A stretch of DNA of 63,442 nucleotides, counting the filler, from Dimorphilus gyrociliatus (lineage: Eukaryota > Animalia > Annelida), in the NCBI GenBank assembly GCA_904063045.1. It is 6 parts of 6 records of this genome, joined end to end, with 100 filler letters (N's around TTAATTAATTAA, not from the genome) between each part and the next. Parts side by side here need not be neighbours in the genome. Positions count along the whole stretch, not along the records: positions 1 to 11,323 come from CAJFCJ010000267.1; positions 11,424 to 26,853 come from CAJFCJ010000099.1; 4 more parts are not named here. The stretch is one strand, 5' to 3'. Positions 1-12,200 of the stretch are shown here, one piece after another. Position numbers and translations under genes: made by a program. The notes under the pieces are model-generated. The model was not told the origin of the DNA. It worked only from the letters and a program-made list of their open reading frames with translations, and ran no database searches. The number at the start of each line of letters is the position of its first letter. Within the stretch, counting starts at the first letter, position 1.

Positions 1-479
1 ACATTTGTGAAACATTTTTAAAGAAAAAAACATATTTTTATGCATTAAATTCTGTTTTTAGAAGTTTTCTTGGAAATAACTTAGGTTATAAAAGTTTTAA
101 TGAGGAATCAAAGTATTACAGATATGATTCTTTAAATAACATCTAAGAGCCTTGTTTTTGAGAAAGCTAATTTTGCCCAAAGTTAATGTATGTTTGAAAA
201 GAAATTCAAAAGTGAGTAAATTAATGATAACATAGAGAAAAGATTGATATTTTCGAGAGAGGGAGAGAGAGAGATAATTATTTATCATTTCTTCTCCCTC
301 CCTATCCAAAGTTACATTTCCAAGCAAATTATGTTGTTGGGGTGAAAGAGCACATATTAAAAAAAATTCCATGGCAGGGCATCTTGTACAGTGGACATTT
401 ATTTTTTTGCGGCATTGTTGTAATTACTATACAACGCGCTCTTACAGCTGTTCATTATGTATTGTACAACTTTGGTTAT

Positions 480-730
480 ATTTTACATGCTTGAACTCTA
501 TTATTTTATGCAACTCATACATGTACCTCTTAAAACCTACGCAAGAAAATGCTATAACATTGGCCAAACACAGGTCTGATTAGTCAGCTTGAAGGCTCAT
601 TTTTAATTATCAGTAAAGGTTTGGCCAAGTTAGAATTCAATTAACTTGCCTAAGGTGTGGCCAAGTTTTAATTCAATTAGCCTACCTAAATGTTGAACCT
701 TGTAACATCCTGTTACTAAAGATAAATATG
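480..730. repeat. Dispersed repeat shared with 14285-14480, with an internal ~40-bp tandem duplication
   Basis: Stretches such as ctcttaaaacctacgcaagaaaatgctataacattggccaaacac and ctaaatgttgaaccttgtaacatcctgttactaaag align with ctcttaaaatctacaagagaaaatgcaatgacatttggtcaaacag and ctaaatgttggatcttctatcatcctgtactaaaag in contig 2. Confidence 0.6.
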
Positions 731-1478
731 AACTACACATTTCGGCAACTGTAAAGTGATGATTGGATATCAGAGGCAACCTCAAAGTATATAAATCCTC
801 ACTATTTTCATTCTAAGCATCTTCCATCTGGACCCAAGGACCTGGGAAGATAACCTGGAAACAACCTCCACTGGAACTATCCATCTACTCCTCAACATTG
901 GAAGACAGTTTAGTAATTTGGCAACCTGCTATTATGAACTATCTATTCTGCTATTATTGCGAATAAACCATTTTAATTTAAAAATTTTGTTTAAAGGTTT
1001 GAGTAGAACCAGTATTGTTATAAATTGCAAACGCATAAATTTGCCAGCAAGAGCAGTACAGTATATTCGTATTTTATTATTCAACTTTGCTAGGTCAAGC
1101 AAACCTTTTTAATTGCAAAAATCCAGCATATTAGGATCATTCTACCCAGTTTTCGGTGAAGATGATAGAAATTATATCTCAAAGAAGGTCAAAGTTGTGA
1201 AATATTATGTTCATCCTAAATTTTGACCGTAAAAATGATATTGCATTAGTTCTACTTTCGTCGAATGTCACATTCTCTGAAAGAATCTCTCCTATCTGCC
1301 AGAGAAAGATATCGACAATTATTCAAACACAATATGTTGTACTTCTGAATTTGGTTTAAAGGAGATAAGAGTTTGTTCTATTTTTTCCCAATCCCTTTCA
1401 TCATCTTAAGTCAACAAAAAAGCTAAGCCCAATTTTCTTATTTAAACATATTGATTTCTTAGTACATTACGAACTAAA

Positions 1479-3347
1479 ATGTTTTCCATTTTTTGTCTTT
1501 TTTACAGTGTCCATATTTCGTCACGTTTTGCTCTCGCAACTTCTCATTCTTTTTCGGACTGTCTTACAGATAACACGTCAATCATGGTACAATTTTCATT
1601 GAACGTCTTGTGTCTAAATTCAATTAAGGATAATCTCAAATTAATAAATCGATTGTATATCGAAAACAAATGGAATATATCTACTAAACTGGCTGATGAA
1701 ATATTTGAGTATTGCATGAAATATAAGAAATCATTTAATGATGATGAATTAAAATTTTTCAACAGTGATTTAATGCAATTAAGAAATATAACTATTCTTA
1801 AGAATAAATTTCAAAATGTAACAAATTTAGTCTACTTTCTAGAAAATCATCCAATAAAGAGTTTATCAATGGAACTCGCTACATTAGATTCAAAAAATCA
1901 TCATCTGCCATCTTCAATTGAAGAATTAATTATGATTAATTGCAAAATTTCCCATGAAAGTATTATAGAGAATTGTAGAAATTTGAAATATTTCACTTAT
2001 TTAGATTATTGGCCTGACAGTGAATTATTTCAAATTGTCTCTAATCTTTTACTACAATCTACAAAAACAATTGTAAAAATTCATCTTGAATCCGCAAAGT
2101 TTACTATGTCGGAATGTTCAAATTTAAAAGTTTTATTATTTGAATGTAAGCAATTAAAAGACGTTTCGTTCAATATTAAAATGAAGACAAACGATGGAAT
2201 TGAAGAAATTTTGAACGGTTTAAGAAACTGTCAAAGCGATTTAGAGAAAATTTGCATTGAGTACATAGATTTTAGAGGACTTAATTCAAAACGTTTTGGA
2301 GATTGTCTTATCCAATTTCATTCATTGTTGTACTTTGGATTTTTTAGCGAAAATAACAATAAATCCGGTTTTAATAGTATAATTTCAGGATTATCTTCTT
2401 CGTCTCATTGTTTAACAGTAATCAACTTATTCAACTATGAATTATGTGATAATAAATGTTCAAGTTTGGCGAATTTTTTGAAAACTTGCTCAAATTTGCA
2501 AGAGATTTACTTGGCTTCTTATGAGAGATTAAAAAATGGTGCCATAGATATATTCAATTCACTTCAATCTTCTGCTCATTCGCTTAAAGTAATGCATTTA
2601 AATTTCTACTGTGCAAGCGTCAGAGACGGTATTCAATACGGAAATCTTCTAGACAAATGCCACTGCTTGCAAGAAATTGATTTTAGATGTATGAATTGGT
2701 TACAATCTAGCTTTGAGCATATATTTCACTCTCTAAAATCCTCATCCAATTCCCTATTGAGAGTTAACATGGATAACTGTCTTACGATGACAGAGAAGAA
2801 CGATTCAATTAGAATTCTTTTAGAAAATCAAACAAAACTAGAAGAGTTAAGAGCCGGAGGAAATGACCTAATTATAAATATTGAAAATATATCAATACTC
2901 TCTGCAAAACAATTAAAAGTTGTTGATTTTTCACATATTCTATTCAAGAAAAAGGAATCAATAGCCTTAGATATGTTCTTCGAACAATGTTCAAACTTGG
3001 AGAAAGTTATCCTAGCTGGTAATTCTTTTGGAGAGGACGAATTCAAAGATATTTGCAAAGCGTTGACACTGTCTAAATTTTCTTTAAAACTATTAAATTT
3101 TCTCAATTGTAATCTTACAAAACAACAAATCTATTGTCTAGCAAAACTGTTAAATCAATGCCAAACTATGGAAAATATCGAATTATCTCACAATTCGAAT
3201 ATTAATGAAATATTCAACGAATTAAAAGCAACCTTTAAATATCTGTCATTCTCATTAAAAGAGCTGACAGTTTCTTTCAGCGATTTATCAAGAGATCAAG
3301 AAAACTGGTTGGAGGAAAATATGACAAACTGTCAATGTATATATTAA
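1479..3347 (+). CDS. Single-exon RNI-like (ribonuclease-inhibitor class) LRR protein; likely start ATG 1584 (MVQFSL...)
   Basis: 622-codon ORF with repeated L.....CxxLxxIxL and G...I...L..SS..LxxLxL units. A ttacag acceptor just upstream of 1584 suggests a 5' UTR intron. Confidence 0.8.
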   Translation: MFSIFCLFYSVHISSRFALATSHSFSDCLTDNTSIMVQFSLNVLCLNSIKDNLKLINRLYIENKWNISTKLADEIFEYCMKYKKSFNDDELKFFNSDLMQLRNITILKNKFQNVTNLVYFLENHPIKSLSMELATLDSKNHHLPSSIEELIMINCKISHESIIENCRNLKYFTYLDYWPDSELFQIVSNLLLQSTKTIVKIHLESAKFTMSECSNLKVLLFECKQLKDVSFNIKMKTNDGIEEILNGLRNCQSDLEKICIEYIDFRGLNSKRFGDCLIQFHSLLYFGFFSENNNKSGFNSIISGLSSSSHCLTVINLFNYELCDNKCSSLANFLKTCSNLQEIYLASYERLKNGAIDIFNSLQSSAHSLKVMHLNFYCASVRDGIQYGNLLDKCHCLQEIDFRCMNWLQSSFEHIFHSLKSSSNSLLRVNMDNCLTMTEKNDSIRILLENQTKLEELRAGGNDLIINIENISILSAKQLKVVDFSHILFKKKESIALDMFFEQCSNLEKVILAGNSFGEDEFKDICKALTLSKFSLKLLNFLNCNLTKQQIYCLAKLLNQCQTMENIELSHNSNINEIFNELKATFKYLSFSLKELTVSFSDLSRDQENWLEENMTNCQCIY

Positions 3348-3567
3348 GGAAACAAATCCAATCGATTCATACAAAAATCTGTTCAAGATAATAAAGACTT
3401 TAACAGACTTTTACAATCCTCTTTAAATGATTTCATTATAATAAACAATATAATTAATTGAATTGAAAAATTATTTATATAAAGAATATGTTAAATACTG
3501 ATTCTACAACTCCAGATTGTCCGAAATATGTTGATAGAAAAGATAAAAGAAAGATGTATAGAATTAC

Positions 3568-3870
3568 CTAGTACAAACATAGAAACTTTTGTCTAAATGT
3601 TCTCTTTGTATTGTTTTTAACTTATGAATGGAAACTTCCAACTGCAACAAATTTGTCATTCTTAAATTATAAAACATAATTATATATAATCCAATTGATA
3701 GAACAAGAATGGATATTATCAATATCAATACTGTATTACCACTTGTTGACCCAATTAAAATCTTAATATTTTCTTGAGAGCATAGATATCTCTCATCAAT
3801 AAAGTATTTATCATTAATGATCCTTCTATGTATTTTTTCTTTATAGATTTTCTCCTTTTTTTAAAATCAA
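3568..3870 (-). CDS. Possible internal exon of a membrane protein (one TM segment)
   Basis: Stop-free frame LILKKEKIYKEKIHRR...NTVLILIISILVLSIGLYIIMFYNLR...FYVCT bounded by a cag acceptor and a gtaatt donor. Confidence 0.25.
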
Positions 3871-4189
3871 CTGGTATGAAAGTTTTTTTTGACAGATACT
3901 TAAAATGGAAAATGAATATTTAAACTTATGTTTTATTCTTTATCAGATATCTAAAGGAAAACATTCGCCATTTTAAAGAAACTTAAAGATATGAATAGAC
4001 TTGACACTACTGAAATTGTTGAAGACGCCTTAGAGTCTGTTAAATCTATTGTAGAAGACGACGAAAATATGGAAATAGTTGCAAAACCAAAAGTTTTATC
4101 AGCTCTCAATGGGGTAATCAAAAGCAGGTTAAAGTACTCTGTAAACAGTTGGAGAAATTCGGGTTTAAAGCATGGATGGATATTGGATA

Positions 4190-4430
4190 GCTGAGTGGTG
4201 GTGATAGCTTATTCCAGAAAATAGACGACGGAATTAGGCCATCTCATATTATTCTGAGTTGTATATATACATTTAAATATGCAAAGCAAATTGTTGCTTC
4301 AAAATAATCTCTCAATCAATCTTGGAAAACCACTTATTCTGTTGTTAATGGAAGAATTATCTTGGCCACCTGGCGGTCCTTTAGGTCCAATTTTATCTGA
4401 ATATCTATATATTTCATTTATTGTGGAAAA
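4190..4430 (+). mobile_element. Decayed reverse-transcriptase remnant, Penelope-like
   Basis: Fragments DSLFQKI, TTYSVVNGRII and GGPLGPILSEYL occur in the order of RT motifs SLFT, F.FNG and MG.PLGP.LA; stops and frameshifts are present. Confidence 0.35.
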
Positions 4431-6305
4431 ATGATGGAAAATGAGGATATATACTTAATAAATATAGTTTTCTTCTCCATGTTGAATTTGCATTAAATTC
4501 TTAATTTGTTAAATATTAAATGCTACTTTGCACAGTTTCCATTATCTATAATAAAAAATCATTAGGATATATAAGGATTGTATAGATACAATCTAGAAAT
4601 TTTTTTATTGATCACTAATAATAATTTTGTTACAGAAATGCTTTGTTCTAACAATACGATTGTTCACAATTTGAATTGTGCCAACTAGGCCAATGCATAT
4701 GTAATATAGAACTTGGTCAAGAAATTTGGGATAATAGTAAGAACAAGAAGACTTTTTTATATAAATATTCTATTCAAATACAAAAATCTATGGTTTAAAT
4801 AGGCAAGAATCTAATTTATTAATTATCTATGAGCAGAATGAATTCATTTTAATCAGGTGGGTCTAGACTAGAAGTCAGGAGTTGGGAAAAAGCTAGAAGA
4901 GAAATAAATACGGCACATATTCGTAAAAAGATTTTATTTCCTTCTTAATAAGCACAGAGCGATTTTTAATGAACCAGGAGGAAATCTGCACATGTTGCGT
5001 TTCTCTATATTATTCAATTATTTTTTTCATTTTAGAGAATCTGAATTAAACAAGTGAACACTTAATATATATTATAGAAATGATAGATATAAATATATAT
5101 GGTAGAAACGTCCGAGTAGATGTTGCCTGCCAAAATCAACCCCTTTTATAGGCAAAAGATAAGATGTTACATCCTTATTCTAATATGTCAAATATGTTTG
5201 CGATAGACATATTTCAGAAATGTTGTACGTCTTTTTAAATGTTATTTCAATTTATCATCAGAGGAAGGAACAGAATTATATGTCATCCAGGAATTCATAT
5301 TCACTCAGTGAGGAGAAAAGCATTTTTACAACTGAAATTCACCGGAGCTTTACCATTTTCTTCTGGCTTTTTATATTTAGGATAGCATCCAGGACCGTTC
5401 AACACATCAACAATGTTGATTAGTTTCATTCCTGTATCAGAAACAGTATTTTAGAGAAGATAAATAATATAACAATTCAAATACAAACCTACATCTACAA
5501 AAGGAGTAGATAGGAAGAACAGAGAGCAAGCTTGAAAAAAACACAATGTTCAATGCCTATAGAAGAAATTTAAAAAACTGTACAATGACAATAAAAGTGA
5601 TTAACATTGTGGAAAATCGATATTCTCATAAAAAATCTTCTTCAATCATTTTAAATTTTCCTTTATAATTTATATTTGCCGTTTGATTTATTATATTAGA
5701 ATTATCAGTGTGATATTTCCAAATAATAGAATTTGTTTCATGAATTCAATATGGTCATAAAAACGTAAGTAATTTACATTCATACTAAAAAAATTTTCAA
5801 AATCAATAAAACATAATGTTGAGACAATTTAGGCTCTTTTACAAAGTAAACTCTCTACTCAAATTATGAGCCTTGGGATATCTCGTTTTGTAATAAAAAA
5901 TTACTAACAATTTCGTTTAAATTTTATTTGTAACCTCTATTGTTTCTCTCATACCTTCCCCTGTCACCTTTTACTCCCTATATACTAGTTCGTTTCTCAA
6001 TGTCCTGTAACTGGGTTCTTGACACTACTCACTTTCTTGTATGGTGGTGGTACATCAGCTCTACACCACAACACCTTTGACGTGCTGTCAAGTCAAAGTG
6101 ACCTATGATTATACGAAGCTGACTTGTCCGCCTTTATCCCAACACACGCATGTTACAATTACTCATCAACATGGCTAACTTTGTTTTTGTTCAGTTCTAT
6201 TTAGTTAGACAAGTATCTTAGAGTATTACATAATTAACAGTTTGGTTGAACTCAGTTCTGTTCAGCAGTTAAGAATAAAGTTTCTACAGTTGCACAAAAA
6301 GTAGA

Positions 6306-7622
6306 TTACCAGTAAAAGACATTTCCTTTCCTAAAAGAACAATTCTTAAAAATTTCATCTAACATTTCACTTTCATTTTTATTCAAATGACAATAATTGA
6401 AATTAGCCTTCTTCAAAGAGTTTGATGATTGTCGAAGTGCTATGCAAATATCATAGAGCAAATCTCCCACTAATAAATTGATTCCAAAAGTAAATGTTTC
6501 TATTTTAAAACAGTTTTTAAGCAATTTTGCTAAATGTTCACATTGTTCAGTGTTTATGTAGAGGTCAGCAAAATTAAGAGTCTTTAAAGTTTTTGCTGAT
6601 TTTTGAAGACCTTCACAAATATCCAAAAATCCACAATGCATGTCCTGCAAACCACTTAAATCTATTTCTTCTATATTAAAACAATTTGTAAGCATATCTC
6701 CCAATTTTTTACTTTGTTCTTTGTTCAAGCCACAGTCACACAAATCAAGACTTCTTAAAGTGTTCCTTGACTGTTTTAGTCCTTCAAAGATATTAAAAAA
6801 TTGAAATGCTATATCGGGATTTCCTCCTAAATCTATTTTTTCCACTTTTAAACAAGTTGAAAGCAAATTGCCTAACTTTTCACCTTGTTGTTCATTTAAA
6901 CCACAAAACAGCAAACTAAGTGTTTTCAAAGTGTTTGATGATTTTTGAAGTCCTTCACAAATATCAAAAAAACCAGTTTTCATCTTACTATTAAATGCTA
7001 AATCTACTGTTTCTATATTTGAACAATTATTTAGCAAGTTTCCCAAATTCTTACATTGTTTTTCACTCAAATCACATTTATATAAATCAAGACTCTTTAA
7101 AGCGTTTGATGATTGTTGAAGTCCTATACAGATATCAAAAAATCCATTTTCCATCTCTTTACAATATGCTAAAAAAAAAATCCAATGTTTCTATAGTAGA
7201 ACAAATCTTAAGCAAATTTCCTAACTTTTTACATTGTATTTCGTTTAAATCACATCTACAATATTCAAGACTCTTTAAACTGGTTGATGATTGCTGAAGT
7301 CCTTCACAAATATTTAAAAATCCATATGACATTAAAGAATTATTTCCTAAGTCTATTTCTTCTATCTTAGAACATTTTGAGAGCAATTCCCTAACTTTCT
7401 ACATTGCTCTTCATTTAACTTACAATATGAGAAACTGACATGCTTTAAAGTGTTTGCTGATTGTTGAAGTCCTTCCAAAACATAAAGAAATCCGTTTTTA
7501 ATGCTATTATTTAATGCCATGGCTATTTTTTCTGCATTAGTACAATATATGAGCAATTTTCCCAACTTTTCACTAGGCCTTATATTTAGCAAACAATTTG
7601 AGAAAACAGTGCTCTTTTGCAA
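6306..7622 (-). pseudogene. RNI-like LRR gene broken by two homopolymer frameshifts (~7375, ~7170); may be intact in vivo
   Basis: ORFs 7362-7622, 7159-7386 and 6306-7154 form one repeat series (GFFDICEGLQQSSNTLKSL.L..C.LN.EQ..KLG.LL..C..IE.IDL) when a T is added at aat(t)tg and the T-run in gattttttttttagc is shortened. Confidence 0.7.
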
Positions 7623-7899
7623 TTAAAATTTGAACATGAAAATTATAATATAACTGAACTGAAGATCATAAGCTCCAGCACAAAAGTTTTAATGAAGAGC
7701 TTAAAATCTTAAAATCACCCTTAAAACCACAGTTATAACCATAAACCCATAAATTATAACCACTTTATAGCCTGAAACTTGCATTTGTGAAGACTTAAAA
7801 AAAAGACTGGAAAATAATTTTCAAAGATAAGCAAATACTTTAAGGAGTCTTAATTTTATAAATTGTAGGTTAAATGAAGCAGGTAAAAAGCTAGAGCAG

Positions 7900-8331
7900 T
7901 TGCTTTCAAAATGTTTTAAAATAGAAACAGTAGATTTAAGAGATAATCCTAACATGGAAAATGGATTTTTGGATATTTGTGAAGAAATTTCAAAAATCAT
8001 CAAACAATTGAAAAGTCTTAATTTCTCATATTGTGACAAAAACAAAGAAGAAAGTAAGAAGTTAAAGAATTTGCTGTCAATTTGTTTTAGAATGGAAGAA
8101 CTAAATATAAACCAGAACTCTGATATAACAGATAGATTTTTTAATATTTATGAAGATCTTCAGAAATTATCAGACACTTTAAAGGTTATTATTTTCTCAT
8201 ATTGTTACTTAAATCAAGAGCATGGCAGAAAGTTAGAAAGTTTGCTTTCCAATTGCTGTAATTTAGAAGAAATAAAATTAGAAGGTAATCTTTTCAAAGA
8301 AAACAGAGTATTGAAAGGGATGTTGAATTGA
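7900..8331 (+). pseudogene. RNI-like LRR gene fragment, divergent from 6306-7622
   Basis: Same repeat consensus (NPNMENGFLDICE, SDTLKVIIFSYCYLNQEHGRKL); truncated. Confidence 0.6.
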
Positions 8332-8904
8332 GGCAAGATGAATATATAAGGAGTTGTTTAATATTTTTCAAATTTTACAAGAATTTTATTTTGGAACATT
8401 TTCTGTCTGAACCAGTAAATTAAATGCCCAAAGGGGTTTTACATGAAATGGAGGATGCAGAAGTGAAAAATTGCAATTTATTCAAATGAATCCAACGTTA
8501 AGCTACAGTATAAAGTGAAAAGTATAATGTGAAAAGAATCTTGTTAAATGGAAGGTTGGCTTAGAGTAAATCACCAAAAAATGGGCCATTTTCTCGCATA
8601 ATTGAAACTATATTATTGTTAACTTTTCGACCAGTCGTAATGCGTGACATTTAATGCTTGAAATGAATGTTATTAATAAAAAAAGGATTCAACTGTACTT
8701 GGGATCAAATGTCCCAGTGGATGTCATATTTGCCATTCAATAGTTAAAAATCTCAATATCATTGATTTCAAAACATTGGGTGAAGGGTACATCTCTCAAA
8801 ATTCAATCCTGACACCGTCATGAAAACCACTGTTTTTACCATAAACCTTTATTTTGACACCATTTCGTAACCTTAAACATTCACCTGTAATGAATAAAAA
8901 AAGA

Positions 8905-9409
8905 ATGAAAATGGATTCTTTAATATTTGTGAAGGACTTCAACAATCATCAAACACATTAAGAAGTCTTCATATTTGTAGTTGCAATTTGAATGGAGAGC
9001 AATGTAAAATGTTGGGGAATTTGCTTAAAAATTGTTCTAATATAGAAATATTTGATTTAGCATATAATATACAGATGAAAAATGGATTTTTTGATATTTC
9101 TGAAGGACTTAAAAAATCATCCAAACTTTAAAAAATTATATTTTCGCAATTCGTATTTTGAATACTGAACAAAGTGAATATAAAGCAAAATTGCTTAAAA
9201 TCTGTTGTAAAATAGAAACATTTACTTTTGGGTACAATTTAATAATAGGGCATGGACTTTATGATATTTGTATAGGACTTCAACGATCATAAAAAACTTT
9301 GAAGAAAGCAGATTTCAAGCATTGTCATTTAAATGAAAATGAAAGTGAAATGTTAGATGAACTTTTTTACAATTCTTCTTTTAGAAGAGGAAATGTCTAT
9401 TTCTGGTAA
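8905..9409 (+). pseudogene. Decayed 3' half of an RNI-like LRR paralog; inverted copy of the 6306-7154 end
   Basis: Ends NSSFRRGNVYFW* versus NCSFRKGNVFYW* in the minus-strand copy. The 3' flanks also align (atactct[t/a]agatacttgtctaa). Contains stops and frameshifts. Confidence 0.7.
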
Positions 9410-9699
9410 TCTATTTTTTTGTTGAGCAACTTTAGGAACTTTATTCTCAACTACTAAACTCAGTTCTTCCATACTGCTCTCTTGGTAATAATACTCTTAG
9501 ATACTTGTCTAAATAAAACCTCAATTTCCTCAACATGTATTAGTACTTAAGAGAAATTTGTCTGAAATTATTAAAATACACTAATTGCCAACAAATTTTT
9601 AAATTTCAAATTAAAATCCAAATGTAACAAATTATTTAATTTTTATAGAGTAGTAATTATATTTATTATAGAGTAACATTAGGGTAAATACTGAAATCA

Positions 9700-10310
9700 G
9701 CTTTGAATTGATTCTTTGAAACACCGTGACATTACATAACAACCTGTTGTAATGAATTGTACAATGTCATGTTGCGATCTTAGTAACTTTTTTGATAGAA
9801 TAAGAAAATCCACCATTCATCAAAATATCTTTGCCGATTTGACTGCTTCTTGGAATGATAGCGCAGAATGAAATTTGTTGTATTGTAATTGTTGGAATTA
9901 CTGCTTCTTCAGAATTTGTCGTTTCCAACCATTTACGAACTCACTAAAGTACTGACAAAATTAGAACCTTTCAAGTTCGTCCACAAATAGTCTTAATGAA
10001 TATAATTTCGGTAGAATTAATCAACAAAATACTGTGTATTTTATGCAAAGAATATGTATTGAGTAAATGAGTTTCTAGTTCGAAACAAGCAAGTTTGAAC
10101 AAGCAGGTGATGGTTAAAGAACTGAACTGACAAGCAAAATCCTTTTAAAGATTTGCAATTTTGTCAAAGGCTTACAAAGATGAAATGTGACGGTCTCATA
10201 ATTCACATGCAACAAAAGCATCAAAGACTGTTGTATGACAAATCTAAAATATAATCTTGAGATTAGCACCGCATGTTCAATATATGCTACCACAAAAACA
10301 AGTCTGTCTC
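9700..10310 (-). mobile_element. Phantom-type MULE remnant: PHD, linker, FLYWCH
   Basis: Minus-strand frames give ICHTTVFDAFVACEL*DRH (PHD-like) and IIPRSSQIGKDILMNGGFSYSIKKVTKIAT*HCT (FLYWCH-like, compare 47340 ORF). Confidence 0.55.
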
Positions 10311-10569
10311 CTCAGCTTCTAGTAAGTACTAAGTAAGATGTAACAATTTTGACATCCATCTTTTCAATGTTCTTTGTTCCTTTGTCAATCCATAACGGCT
10401 CCATCTGTTATGGTCAAAGAGACTATTTCTTACAAAATAGAATTCTTTCTAAAGTTCTATCATTCTAATTCCTACTAAATAGAATTATTCTAAAGTTCCT
10501 TTGTACCTAAAGTCTAAATATTGAAAAGAATAAAAAAATTATATTATATATCTATTTCAACTATGAAAA

Positions 10570-11160
10570 TAGACTTTAGGAAAAAATTTCTATAATTTCT
10601 AGTGCAATAATTTATCTCTTCTTAAATTTATCTCAAGTCTCAAATATTGTTCTTTATAGGTTTACATAAATTTTCTTCTGATATCTTTTTTATTTTCTTT
10701 TACACAGATTCTTTTGAAACAGTTGTACAAAATCTTATGCCCATTTTAATTCATTAAGAAATTTGGAAAAAGATTTTGCACTTCCAATATTTATGGAATC
10801 CTTCAACCTCATTTTTAGTTCTGATACTTAAATCAAACACTGACCAAGAGTAGCATTGATTATCCAAGTTTTTTCCTTAAAACAAAATAAATCTGATAAT
10901 TTTTTCATTGTATTTAAATGAACTTATATTTTGTTAAATTTCTGATAAAAATATTTATCATTTACTCTGAGTAAGGCTGAGTATGTTTTTCTTTTTTTTG
11001 GAAGAAAGTAGAGCAAAGAGCAGTGGAACTTGTTTTAGTTCATCATTCTTCTTTAGGAAGCTATGAAATGAAAATAATTGCTTAAATAGAGGATTGACAA
11101 CCTTAAAGGTGCCATCCATATAGCATATTTTGAAAGATACTGGTATTTCCATTTGTTTAG
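10570..11160 (-). mobile_element. Phantom-type MULE transposase catalytic-core remnant
   Basis: YMDGTFKVVNPLFKQLFSFHSFLKKNDELKQVPLLFAL, then WSVFDLSIRTKNEVEGFH (RTNN..EG.H motif), then a C-terminal IFET*DKF segment. Confidence 0.75.
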
Positions 11161-11323
11161 TAGTAGCAAATATTAAAATTTGTTCATTATTTACTTAAAA
11201 TCATTTTAAGAAAACTATCTGATAAAGAAGTGTGATGTGACGGAAAAAACAAGGTTTTTGGTTCCTCTGGTTGATTTTTTTGTCTGTGATAATTCACCAC
11301 TTGTTTACAGCTACTCATACTGG

Positions 11324-11423
11324 NNNNNNNNNNNNNNNNNNNNNNNNNNNNNNNNNNNNNNNNNNNNTTAATTAATTAANNNNNNNNNNNNNNNNNNNNN
11401 NNNNNNNNNNNNNNNNNNNNNNN
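11324..11423. other. Artificial contig spacer 1 (44N-TTAATTAATTAA-44N)
   Basis: Identical 100-bp structure occurs five times; TTAATTAATTAA gives stops in all six frames. Confidence 0.97.
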
Positions 11424-12200
11424 TAAACTATATTTTTTAATAAAAACAATTAAAATTTAATTTCTTAAAATAAAATTGAAAGTTTAAACTGGTAGTATTT
11501 TACCTCATAGATTCCATTTTCTAATAGTTGAAATTTTTTCTAATATTAATGATTTGTAAAAATTTATCCAGTAATTTTGTCGACTTATTTTGGCAACTTC
11601 AATATTTCCAAAAGTGTTTTTATCAATTTTTTATCAATTGTCTGTTTATCTAGTTCAAAGATTTTGTACTGTTAATAAATCAGTAGGAAAACTAAAATTC
11701 TGCTCAACAAACAATGTAAAAGAAAGGTAAATGAAAAATTTTAAAAAAAGATAGATTTTCAAATCCATGTAAAAAAGAAAGTGTCACTTGGCAACAAAAA
11801 TTAAAACCTATGTTGGTTTATTTTCAAGTCTATCTTTTACTTGTTTTTATTGCTATTGCTTTAATTACTTTTTTGGGAGTTGTATTCAAATTGGACTACA
11901 AAAGAAATACTGGAATTTCAGCAGCATAGTGTAAACACTTCTTTTAAACCTCTAACAATAAATACTAATTTATCAATGATTGAAAAATTTTTTATCTAAT
12001 TGAAAAGATGACAAATGCTGACAAGAATATTTGCTTAGTTACCAGTTTTCACAAAATGTAAGTTTTTTTTTTTCTCTCTTAATGAATCATTTTATATGCA
12101 TATAAAATCAGCCCAAAATATTATAAACTGGGTGTTACTGTAACTGAACTGGTTTGGTTATTCAACTTATCAGGAATATTAGATATAATTACTATAAAAA

